Of a DNA stretch of 64,000 bases, positions 11,130 through 23,080 are shown piece by piece (the stretch's first letter is position 1; each line of letters begins with the position of its first letter). This stretch comes from Macrostomum hystrix. Its lineage: Eukaryota; Animalia; Platyhelminthes. The notes beneath the pieces were generated by a model that did no database searches, was not told the origin of the DNA, and saw nothing but the letters and a program-made list of their open reading frames with translations. Both the position numbers and the translations under genes were made by a program. The DNA is taken from assembly GCA_950097015.1 (NCBI GenBank), contig CATNEN010000003.1, positions 9,858,001 through 9,922,000 of the forward strand, in the 5' to 3' direction.

Positions 11130-11805
11130 GCTTCAGTGGAACTAATTGGCTGCCACACCCGATCCTTCAGTGGAACTAATTGGCTGCCAAACCCAATCCT
11201 TCAGTGGAACTAATTGGATGCCAAACCCAATCCTTCAGTGGAACTAATTGGATGCCACACCTGATCCTTCAGTGGAACTAATTGGCTGCCACACCCGATC
11301 CTTCAGTGGAACTAATTGGCTGCCACACCCGATCCTTCAGTGGAACTAATTGGCTGCCACACCCGATCCTTCAGTGGAACTAATTGGCTGCCACACCCGA
11401 TCCTTCAGTGGAACTAATTGGATGCCACACCCAATCCTTCAGTGGAACTAATTGGCTGCCACACCCGATCCTTCAGTGGAACTAATTGGCTGCCACACCC
11501 AATCCTTCAGTGGAACTAATTGGCTGCCACACCCGATCCTTCAGTGGAACTAATTGGCTGCCACACCCGATCCTTCAGTGGAACTAATTGGATGCCACAC
11601 CTGATCCTTCAGTGGAACTAATTGGCTGCCACACCCAATCCTTCAGTGGAACTAATTGGATGCCACACCCAATCCTTCAGTGGAACTAATTGGCTGCCAC
11701 ACCCAATCCTTCAGTGGAACTAATTGGATGCCACACCCGATCCTTCAGTGGAACTAATTGGCTGCCACACCCGATCCTTCAGTGGAACTAATTGGATGCC
11801 ACACC
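11130..11805. repeat. 34-bp minisatellite downstream of the PCIF1 stop, about 20 copies
   Basis: Unit CCACACCCGATCCTTCAGTGGAACTAATTGGCTG. Confidence 0.97.
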
Positions 11806-11903
11806 TGTTCCTAGAATCACACAAGCGTACACTATATTTAAGAGTGTTTATACAGGTAAAATGAGAATCAAAGTAACGAATTGCATTAACGAGTTTCACG
11901 GTA

Positions 11904-14900
11904 CTACCGCTGTGAGTACTTCTGTCCGAATGCGATGAGCAAATCTTTCACCTTCTCGGAGGTTGGCGTCCATTTTACAAAGCCGGCATCGTTCTGCAGG
12001 AACACCACAAGGGTGCCGTGGGCGGACTTCACGTACAGATCCTCGTCTCTGGGATTATGGGATTAGAAAGACAAGCGTTTTCAATGAGATAAAACTTTTT
12101 TTAAAAAATGTGTCCAGTCTATTGGATTTCCAAAATTGTCTGATTCGTTTCTCAAAGCGTCTTCCCCATGTTTAAGAAGTTTCTGCGATTTCTGAAGTAC
12201 CTGATTAAATTTTTTGTGTCTACTTTGACTGTCAGTGCCTGCTTTAACTTTATAAGTGTCTTACTTCGATTCTGAAAGTGTCTTATCCGATTCTTAAGAT
12301 GTCTTCTTCGATTCTGAAAGTGTCTTATCCGATTGTAAAGATGTCTTATTCGATTCTGAAAGTGCTTTCTTCGATTCTTAAGATGCCTTCTTCGATTCCT
12401 AAGATGCCTTCTTCGATTCCCAAAATGCCTTCTTCGATTCCTAAGATGCATTCTTCGATTCCTAAGATGCATTCTTCGATTCCTAAGATGCCTTCTTCGA
12501 TTCCTAAGATGCCTTTTTCGATTCTGAAAGTGTCTTCTTTGACTTTTAAGATGCCTTCTTCGATTCTTAAAGTGTCTTATCTGATTCTATAGATATTTTC
12601 TTGGATTTGAAAGTGCCTTCTTCGATTCTTGAAGTGTCTTATTCCATTCTAAAGATGTATTTTTCAATTCTTAAAGATGTCTTCTTCGATTCCTAAGATG
12701 TATTCTTCGATTTCTAAGATGTATTCTTCGATTCCTAAGATGTCTTCTTCGATTCCTAAGATGCATTCTTCGATTCCTAAGATGTATTCTTCGATTCCTA
12801 AGATGCATTCTTCGATTCCTAAGATGCATTCTTCGATTCCTAAGATGTATTCTTCGATTCCTAAGATGTATTCTTCGATTCCTAAGATGCATTCTTCGAT
12901 TCCTAAGATGCATTCTTCGATTCCTAAGATGTCTCATTTAATTCTCAAAGCATCTTCGTAGATTCCTACAATTCTTTAGCTGTATCAAAACCATCATCAG
13001 TTCTTCCATCCCACAAAGTGAAGATCAAGATCTAAATAGCTGATAGTCTTTGTTATATTCCTAAAATGTCGCATCACCTTATCAACCACATTCCTAACCA
13101 AACCCGCATAAAAAAACGAGTGTGCTCACCTCTCTAAGCAGTGCTGCAGCCCATTTCTGTAGCTGTGCTCAAATGGTAGCACTGACACTTGGCGCCTGTT
13201 GAAAGGTGAGCCCTCCAATCTTATAAGAGCCTCAGTTGGCGGGTCCCGCCAGTCTGGCAGGAACACCATGAATGACAGGGGTCCGGTGGCTTCCTTCAAC
13301 AGGCTCTGTGGTCAATGCGTTGATATTTCAATCAGTGGTCTGAGGCTAGGACTAAAAGACAGTGTGATAGACTAGGTACAGAACCTAAACTACTTAACCT
13401 GAAGGACACAATGGAAGGTCACGAAAACAGATCCAAAAGTATATATATATGATATAATCTAAAGGACCGTGTGCTCCATGCTCGTGGGGTCATGGTGTAC
13501 ACTGCCTGACGATGAGAAAGCCAGGGCAGATGTACACACCTGTGTGCATGCGTGCTCAGGAGTCAGCGATATGGGCAAAAATTGCCTCCCCGGTGGCTGC
13601 GGGTCGAGTGTCACCAAATGATGTGGGCCCATTGCCCGCAGCCCTTTAAAAATTGAATTGTTCGACTAGTTTTTTAGTCGGTGTTTCCTTACTTCAATCT
13701 CTTTCCTACCGTAAATTTGTACATGGACGTAACGTGCGTCGATTTCTACACGCTCTTGATAAATTACACAACCCATGCCCTAATTATATTACTTAAATCC
13801 TCCTATGAGTAATTTATAGCGCATTTCCCTATCAAGACTAAATAAATACATTTTGGTATTCTTTAATTTTCATTTTACACAAGCGCATGGGTCTGATTTG
13901 CATCTCTACACCTTCGGCAATTATTAGCAAGTGGGACATGAGCACACTCACCTCCATGTGATTGACCATGGCAACCATGAGCTCTTCAGAGAATGGCGGA
14001 TTAGCTTCAAACGATCCCTCCAAGGGATAAAAGTCCAGCATCGGTCCCCGGCTGCCAAAATAACAGTCGGTGTCGGGATAGGCCGAACAGTACTGCTTGA
14101 AGTAGCAATTCAAAGGCGAGGCAAATAATTCGAAGGTGACGCCGAAAAGACGCGATACAGCTTCGAACACCGGAATAGGCAGAGCTGCCTGTGTGTTCTG
14201 CGACTGCTGGCCTAGGAATGCCTGGTACCTGAGTTTCACGTGGCGAATCACCACATTTTAAATAAATTTCTGGACCATCGTGATTCAGAACCTGATACTC
14301 CAAATGACCAATCTAAAACCCACACCTGATCCTCCAAATTACCAATCTAAAACCCACACCTGATCCTCCAAATGACCAATCTAAAACCCACACCTGATCC
14401 TCCAAATGACCAATCTAAAACCCACACCTGATCCTCCAAATGACCAATCTAAAACCCACACCTGATCCTCCAAATGACCAATCTAAAACCCACACCTGAT
14501 CCTCCAAATTACCAATCTAAAACCCACCCCTGATCCTCCAAATGACCAATCTAAAACCCACACCTGATCCTCCAAATGACCAATCTAAAACCCACACCTG
14601 ATCCTCCAAATGACCAATCTAAAACCCACACCTGATCCTCCAAAAAACCAATCTAAAACCCACACCTGATCCTCCAAAAAACCAATCTAAAACCCACACC
14701 TGATCCTCCAAATGACCAATCTAAAACCCACACCTGATCCTCCAAATGACCAATCTAAAACCCACACCTGATCCTCCAAATGACCAATCTAAAACCCACA
14801 CCTGATCCTCCAAATGACCAATCTAAAACCCACACCTGATCCTCCAAATGACCAATCTAAAACCCACACCTGATCCTTCAAATGACCAATCTAAAACCCA

Positions 14901-17900
14901 CCCCTGATCCTCCAAATGACCAATCTAAAACCCACACCTGATCCTCCAAATTACCAATCTAAAACCCACACCTGATCCTCCAAAAAACCAATCTAAAACC
15001 CACACCTGATCCTCCAAATGACCAGAGTGAGGGAATCCAATCCCAGACCCAAAGGACAAATCAGATCCCGCATCCTTACCTAGTGAGCATACACCAGAGT
15101 CTAGGAAAGAATTTCTCCATTGCCGGATCCTCTTCCTTGCAGTGCAGGGTGTACAGTTGCTGCAGCTTGGCAAAGGTCGACTTGCAAATGCCCTGCTGAT
15201 TGGCATTGTCTCGGCCGTAGCGTACAAACTGCATGCGATCTGTGCAACCGGTTTCCACTAGTTGCTGCTGCTGTTGCTGTTGCTGCGGAGTACAGCGCGG
15301 CGCCGGGGAACAAATCTGGACTGGGTAGCAGCGAACCCGACGCTTCGGATCGCCCGTCCAGGCTGGCAAATCCGCCCAGGGATCCTGTTAAAAATAGAAA
15401 ACGGACTCGCTGCTATACTACTATAAATAGAAGACTCAGTACTATCGTATGTGATAATAATAGCACAATACACACTCACCGTAGGATTTGTGACTTTAAA
15501 CAATGTCTCTTGCAGTTCGCGCACCTTCTTAGCGTATTCAACAGAAAGGTGATACAATTTAGTGCAGATCTTTTCTACTGACTCTTTGGCCGCCTCTTCA
15601 ATATGCGGCTGGCACGTGCGCTTCAGATGGGCCAAACGTTCCAAACAGTCTTCGTAAGTTGGCATCTTGGCTTGGCGAAGAAACTGATACGTCTGTTCCA
15701 CGTTCCATTTCACGATTTTGCGACTCTCGGGATTGGCCACGCGAGAGTCTATCATGGCCTGGGAATCAGAGAGAGACAGGTGGAATGCTGCCGCTGCCCT
15801 ATGCACACTGAATTCTAGCACTGATCCTTCAACTGCAGCCACTGAATTCTAGCACTGATCCTTCAACTGCAGCCACTGAATTCTAGCACTGATCCTTCAG
15901 CCACTGAATTCTAGCACTGATCCTTCAGCCACTGAACTCTAGCACTGATCCTTCAACTGCAGCCACTGAATTCTAGCACTGATCCTTCAACTGCAGCCAC
16001 TGAATTCTAGCACTGATCCTTCAGCCACTGAACTCTAGCACTGATCCTTCAACTGCAGCCACTGAATTCTAGCACTGATCCTTCAGCCACTGAATTCTAG
16101 CACTGATCCTTCAGCCACTGAACTCTAGCACTGATCCTTCAGCCACTGAACTCTAGCACTGATCCTTCAGCCACTGAATTCTAGCACTGATCCTTCAGCC
16201 ACTGAATTCTAGCACTGATCCTTCAACTGCAGCCACTGAATTCTAGCACTGATCCTTCAACTGCAGCCACTGAATTCTAGCACTGATCCTTCAGCCACTG
16301 AATTCTAGCACTGATCCTTCAACTGCAGCCACTGAATTCTAGCACTGATCCTTCAGCCACTGAATTCTAGCACTGATCCTTCAGCCACTGAACTCTAGCA
16401 CTGATCCTTCAGCCACTGAACTCTAGCACTGATCCTTCAGCCACTGAATTCTAGCACTGATCCTTCAGCCACTGAATTCTAGCACTGATCCTTCAACTGC
16501 AGCCACTGAATTCTAGCACTGATCCTTCAACTGCAGCCACTGAATTCTAGCACTGATCCTTCAGCCACTGAATTCTAGCACTGATCCTTCAACTGCAGCC
16601 ACTGAATTCTAGCACTGATCCTTCAACTGCAGCCACTGAATTCTAGCACTGATCCTTCAGCCACTGAACTCTAGCACTGATCCTTCAACTGCAGCCAGCC
16701 ACTGAACTCTAGCACTGACCCTTCAACTGCAGCCAGCCACTGAACTCTAGCACTGATCCTTCAACTGCAGCCAGCCACTGAACTCTAGCACTGATCCTTC
16801 AACTGCAGCCACTGAACTCTAGCACTGATCCTTCAACTGCAGCCAGCCACTGAACTCTAGCACTGACCCTTCAACTGCAGCCAGCCACTGAACTCTAGTA
16901 CTGACCCTTCAACTGCAGCCACTGAATTCTAGCACTGATCCTTCAACTGCAGCCACTGAATTCTAGCACTGATCCTTCAGCCACTGAATTCTAGCACTGA
17001 TCCTTCAACTGCAGCCACTGAATTCTAGCACTGATCCTTCAACTGCAGCCACTGAATTCTAGCACTGATCCTTCAGCCACTGAATTCTAGCACTGATCCT
17101 TCAACTGCAGCCACTGAATTCTAGCACTGATCCTTCAACTGCAGCCACTGAATTCTAGCACTGATCCTTCAGCCACTGAACTCTAGCACTGATCCTTCAA
17201 CTGCAGCCAGCCACTGAACTCTAGCACTGACCCTTCAACTGCAGCCAGCCACTGAACTCTAGCACTGATCCTTCAACTGCAGCCAGCCACTGAACTCTAG
17301 CACTGATCCTTCAACTGCAGCCACTGAACTCTAGCACTGATCCTTCAACTGCAGCCAGCCACTGAACTCTAGCACTGACCCTTCAACTGCAGCCAGCCAC
17401 TGAACTCTAGTACTGACCCTTCAACTGCAGCCACTGAATTCTAGCACTGATCCTTCAACTGCAGCCACTGAATTCTAGCACTGATCCTTCAGCCACTGAA
17501 TTCTAGCACTGATCCTTCAACTGCAGCCACTGAATTCTAGCACTGATCCTTCAACTGCAGCCACTGAATTCTAGCACTGATCCTTCAGCCACTGAACTCT
17601 AGCACTGATCCTTCAACTGCAGCCAGCCACTGAACTCTAGCACTGACCCTTCAACTGCAGCCAGCCACTGAACTCTAGCACTGATCCTTCAACTGCAGCC
17701 AGCCACTGAACTCTAGCACTGACCCTTCAACTGCAGCCAGCCACTGAACTCTAGCACTGATCCTTCAACTGCAGCCAGCCACTGAACTCTAGCACTGATC
17801 CTTCAACTGCAGCCAGCCACTGAACTCTAGCACTGACCCTTCAACTGCAGCCAGCCACTGAACTCTAGCACTGACCCTTCAACTGCAGCCAGCCACTGAA

Positions 17901-19869
17901 CTCTAGCACTGATCCTTCAACTGCAGCCAGCCACTGAACTCTAGCACTGATCCTTCAACTGCAGCCACTGAACTCTAGCACTGATCCTTCAACTGCAGCC
18001 AGCCACTGAACTCTAGCACTGATCCTTCAACTGCAGCCAGCCACTGAACTCTAGCACTGATCCTTCAACTGCAGCCAGCCACTGAACTCTAGCCCGGGTC
18101 CGATCCCTGCTGCTCACCTTAGAGGCCTCAGCGTATCTGTAAAGTTGTTTTTTAGCATCGGCGCTCAGCTTTGGCCGACAAAGCCGCACCGGCAAATCGT
18201 TAATAATCTCTCGAAATAGTGCGTGACTCAACTCATTATCGCAGTCGCTAGGAAACAATGGATCTGATCCTTTGTCACTAAGATAGCGCTCCAATAGCCA
18301 TCGATTAAAACTATCAGGCGGTGGTTGTATGTTCTCACGACTAACGCACAGTTCGGCAAAGTGCTGCCTCAACTTGGCTACTAACTGGGCTCGCAACAGC
18401 TCAGTCTCCGGGTGAGGTTGAAAAAGTCGCCGAGGCGGTCGTTCTAGCATTACACAATTGGTGGGTATGTTGAAATTCCAGGCGGCATCTAAAAAGCAGC
18501 AAGTGCAGGGTTTGAGCTTAACGCAGAGATTAGAATAAAAAAAAATATATTAAATCGGGAATTTTTTTAATCTAATCAGCAAATGGATTAGTCACGCACG
18601 ATTAAGTGTGTCATTTTTTGATAAAACAAGTAAAGTGGTTTCTGAATTAGTTTTAGAGGCGATTCGAAAAATAATTTATTTTAAGAATAAAAAGCTAAAG
18701 CGTCGTTTGCCTGTCGCACCAAGGTCCCTTAGCTCGATTCCGCAGCGAGGCCACATTCATTTCGGGCGCAGCCGCGGAGAGAAGGCTTGGGGGCTTGTCG
18801 TGCAATTTGCGCCATTGAGGGCCAACCTCCAAGGCACAGTGAGAGTGTACTCTACCTGACGATGATAAAGTCAGGGCAGATGTACACACCTGTGTGAGTG
18901 TGTGCCTCCGTACAGTGTCTGTGTGCGTGTGTGCTCAGGAGTCAGCGAAATGGATAGAATTGCCTCCATGCTAGGTGTGCATCTAGTGTCACTAAATGAT
19001 GAGCCATTGCCCGCAGCCCTCCTGAAATTATTATTATTATTATTATTACTATTATGATTAAGCTAAAGTGTCTGAATAACTAAGTGGCTTTCAAACAATG
19101 CTATAAAATAATTTTCTGAGTAATTTAAAGAGACATTGAAAAAGGACTATTAAGTCTACTTTTTACAGTCAAAATTAATCAACGATTTCATACCTAGAGC
19201 TTGGGGACCGCTAAAGCTAAGCCTTTTGGGCGCCGATGGCTGACTAAAGTGCTGCTGCTGCTGCTGATGATGGTTGCCCATCAGTGGCGGCACAGCCATT
19301 GCGGATGCCGGATCCGATAGAGTCCGTTTAACGCCAGCCGCAGCTGAGGCATGAGCAGAAGAACTGCTCAAACTAGCAGCCGTAGGAGGTGTCTCCCATA
19401 GCGACTGATTAGTGAGCTTATTAAAATAGTAGGGCCGGTTTTCTCGTTTCGACCAGAATTTTCGCCAACCAGCGACTAGCATATCTTCGGTTAGGTCATT
19501 GGCGAACTCCGCGTGAGCTGTCGAGGAGGTCGACGATGCGCCCGGACTGCGGAATGGCGCAGTCGGAGGATGACAGCCGGGTGTGGCGGGAGTCAATGGC
19601 GAGGTGACGCAGGAGTCAAAAGACGAAGCCGTCGAGGAGCTCGAAGGATGCCGCTCGGTTCGAATAGGCGCCAGCGCAGGCGGAGGCGATGTGGCACTTC
19701 CTGAAGTTGAGGCACTGACGCTGCCGCTGGTATTGGACTGCAGATCAGCAACTGATGTCAGAGTGGGCGGCTGCAGCGCGGACAGGTCGTCATCACCAAC
19801 TGAACCTTCTCGGCCTTCTCTACTGGCCAGATGTGACTTTGTTGATCCTGGCGACGTGTCAGTTGCCAT
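11904..19869 (-). CDS. PCIF1: mRNA cap (m6Am) adenosine methyltransferase PCIF1/CAPAM, about 742 aa, 7 coding exons
   Basis: Exons 19869-19194, 18488-18118, 15758-15480, 15384-15080, 14228-13952, 13305-13130, 12048-11904; all GT-AG and phase-consistent. WW domain [23 protein letters not shown]; ELFASPLN and NPPF methyltransferase motifs. Confidence 0.95.
12260..12945. repeat. 21-bp minisatellite in PCIF1 intron 6
   Basis: Unit TTCTTCGATTCCTAAGATGCA and variants. Confidence 0.95.
13490..13645 (+). mobile_element. SINE family 2, partial copy (PCIF1 intron 5)
   Basis: Shares CTGCCTGACGATGAGAAAG.CAGGGCAGATGTACACAC...CTCAGGAGTCAGCG...CCATTGCCCGCAGCCCT with 18694-19050. Confidence 0.85.
14290..15022. 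repeat. 34-bp minisatellite in PCIF1 intron 4, about 21 copies
   Basis: Unit CCACACCTGATCCTCCAAATGACCAATCTAAAAC. Confidence 0.97.
15806..18092. repeat. Compound minisatellite (28/34/38-bp variants) filling PCIF1 intron 2
   Basis: Units CTAGCACTGATCCTTCA(ACTGCA)(GCCA)GCCACTGAA(T/C)T, with higher-order block duplications. Confidence 0.97.
18694..19050 (+). mobile_element. SINE family 2, near full length (PCIF1 intron 1)
   Basis: Degenerate tRNA-like head (B-box-like AGCTCGATTCC), conserved body and (ATT)n tail. Six copies in the window. Confidence 0.85.
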
Positions 19870-22283
19870 CTATGGCAGTCTGTCTGTCGATAGCTAGCAA
19901 TAATCTAGACTTGGGACTTGACCCAAGGAAATCTAGTTGCTGTGTGAAACTTTGTGTTACTGTGTAGATAGGTAGACTGCCTTGTTGAAGAGTTTGCAAA
20001 CTTAAAAACACTTTTAAAAAGTTCAATTCATTCAATCAATAGCTGAAATAAAATATGTTCATTACAAAAAATTACTAATACTGTTTATGTGTACAAGACA
20101 GTAAGACAGTAACTAGCAACCAACAATATATATAATTAAAAGCTAGAACTTTAAATAGCTATTAGTTTAAAAAAGCTGAAAATTGTTGGCCAACATTTAT
20201 TATTTAATTCTAATAAACAGTGATGAGGCATAATATTTGATTACACCTTCCTAAATGGTCAAATAGGCAGCAGAAAGCATAGCAGCAGCAATCACATGGC
20301 ACATCTGAAAAGACTTTTCAAAAGGAAAGGATATGGCTTTTCAGGCTGCCACAACAACCCACAACATACCCTAGCTAATTCTGGTATTTAGGAATTCTAT
20401 TTCAAACTTAATATTTTCAAAGCACTGAGAATATATTATATTAAATATATTAGGCCCTATGTAAAAAAGAATTTTCTAGTGTTCTTAGGTATTTAAAGGT
20501 TATATCAGACAAAAATAAAGGGAGATGGAGAGAATGTGATAGATAGAAACTAGGTAGATAAACTAACCAAATAATATAAAGTCAATAGAAAAGTAGATAC
20601 CATAGATAGAATTTAGAAAAGATAGGCCTAAATAAAAATGATCAAATCAATTATAATTTTAACTCAATATGATAAGATCTGTAGCCCATCATTTCATAAA
20701 TGTATTATATATTTGTCACTATTCAAATAGAAAGTAGCAATTAAAACATTTAAGTTTTAAAAGAAAATGAAAATATCTTGGTTTTGATAGATTATTAATA
20801 TCAAAGTGTTGATTATAAGTTTATTAATTTGAAAACCTGCTTTTGGACATCTCTAAGGCTGCTAGGGTTCATTTTGTGGAACTCAGTGACCTAACAATCA
20901 TGACCACACTAATGCCAATGTATTGCGTGGGTCTTAACTTTAGCCCATAGAAATGCCAATGCATGATATGGTACCTCTGATGCCCTGCTTAAGAGCCATT
21001 GTAACAAGCACCTCGGGCATGGGCAGAGCCTGTTTTTAAAAGGGGTCCTTGTAACATTACTAAACTTGTTACTAGACATGTATCCTCCTAATTATCTTGT
21101 TGCTAAATTTAAAATGAGATAAATCTTTGAAAAAACATTTGAATAATTTAACAGAATAAACTCAAAAAACTCTAGTGTATGATTATGAGTAAAATATGCT
21201 GAAAGCAATCACCAAACTATTTTTCTCCCCCTGGCTCTAGGCTTATTCAAAATTATTTTTATACTGAGGCCTATATACTCAGATACTGTACAAAGCCTAG
21301 TATATGGAATGTATCCAATATTCTATTCTACACAGCTACTAAAAAAACAATAATACAATAGGACTGAATAACTGATATGAAATGGAGAAATGAGACAACG
21401 GTTGTTGTTGGACGGCCTCGTCCAATCTGGACTGCAGGTCAGCCCTTTGAGACAACGGTTGTAGGGCTAATTAAAATATTAAAGTTCTCTAGTTCAAAAT
21501 CGCAATCGTAACTAAGTTGTTATAGGGCTTATATCTTCGTTTGTCTCTATGACCAAAGACAAAGTAATTTCGATATGATTCTTATAGATTTTTTTTCGTT
21601 TTTATAGGGCTTTCTTAGAACTAGGCCTATTTTATAAAAAATATATAACTTATAATTATAAATTATTCTGGTCGTGCATTTTGGTTATTCTAGTTGCGTT
21701 TTTAGTCATTTTGACCGATTTACTTTATCGCTTATTTGTACATCTGTTGTTAATACGAATCCCCCCAAAGATGACCAGCCCGGTGCGGGTCAGTTCTTGT
21801 GAGCGCTGCCTCAGGAATTCATTTGCACGAGAATTCAATTCGTAGAAATTATAGTACATTTTTGACTCAGCAAGAAGCCTGTTTTTCCTGTTTTGAGCAA
21901 TTACGTGTATTCGGTTAATATTTAAGCGAATTATATTATCTGTGAAGGTTAGTGCTATTTTAATGGCACAGTTGAATGTGCGAATTTACTGTAACTTTCC
22001 ATATTGTGATATGTACACAAAAATTCGCGATGTTATTTAATTCTCTAGTACAATAAAATTGTATTCGTACTGTACTTAGCTTCCTTGGCGTCTACTACTG
22101 TATAATTTACTGTATAATTCGTATTTGTTTTACTGTATGGTATACAATTATACCAAAGAGTAAATTATAAGGCCTAGTCATCGAGAACCCTTATTCTGTA
22201 GGCTGATTAGCTCAGCTTGCATTTAAATAGATTTAAATTGTGATTGGAGGCCTTCTGGACCCGTGTGTGGCTGGCGAGTGTAA

Positions 22284-22299
22284 AATTTGACGTCAAATT
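22284..22299. promoter_or_regulatory. Perfect 16-bp palindrome containing a CRE (TGACGTCA), between divergent PCIF1 and eIF1A
   Basis: AATTTGACGTCAAATT; function inferred from position only. Confidence 0.3.
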
Positions 22300-23080
22300 A
22301 AGTTGACGCGAGTCTATGCATGTTTTGGAAAGCGGTTCAATAATAACATTATTTACAATAGCGACAACACTAGGACGAGCCTCAAAATTTATCCATGAGC
22401 CCATTTGACGACGACACATCAAGCACCTGGCTCACTGCATTGCAATGGAGTCTATTTTACCATTCACCATTCTGCCGTGACTCAATATAGGGTAAGCAAG
22501 AAAGTGAAGCAAGAAATTACAAAATCTATTTTAAGCTGTGTACGCTCTATATATAGGAACTTTCGATTGGTTAGTTTTTCTTTTTGCTAATTCACAAAAG
22601 GTAAAATGCTGGCTGTTTAGAATTAATTAGCTAGAGAACAATTAAAAATGTGACAATTACTTCGAATAAAATTCAACCGGAAATCTGCATACGACTGGCG
22701 ACCTCTAACAGATGAATTACAAAACTGCAACCACGAACATTTGGTTTAACGAATGATCTTCGGTGTCAAAAATGAAAAACTTTGTATACATCTCGTCTCT
22801 AACATGTGAGTCCGTCGACGAAGTAAAAAATTGAAGAGAGAATAAGCGATTGTCAAGAACAAAAACAGATTAAATTATTTTTCTTTCTGCACTGAATAAA
22901 AGCTATTATAGATGTCGGTAAGCATTACCAAAGGTTTGTAAAAATTTTGTTTTAACATAATATTTAAAATGCGGTCACGGTTTGATTCACGAGCAAATGA
23001 GAATTGTGCAAACTCCTTACTGTTAGTCTAAGTAAACAAGTAATTTAGGTAAATCGCAAGTAGATACTCATTTACTAAGC

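Noticed and set aside
12152-12961. HLRNRR / SSIPKM repeat ORFs
   Set aside because: Products of the 21-bp array inside PCIF1 intron 6.
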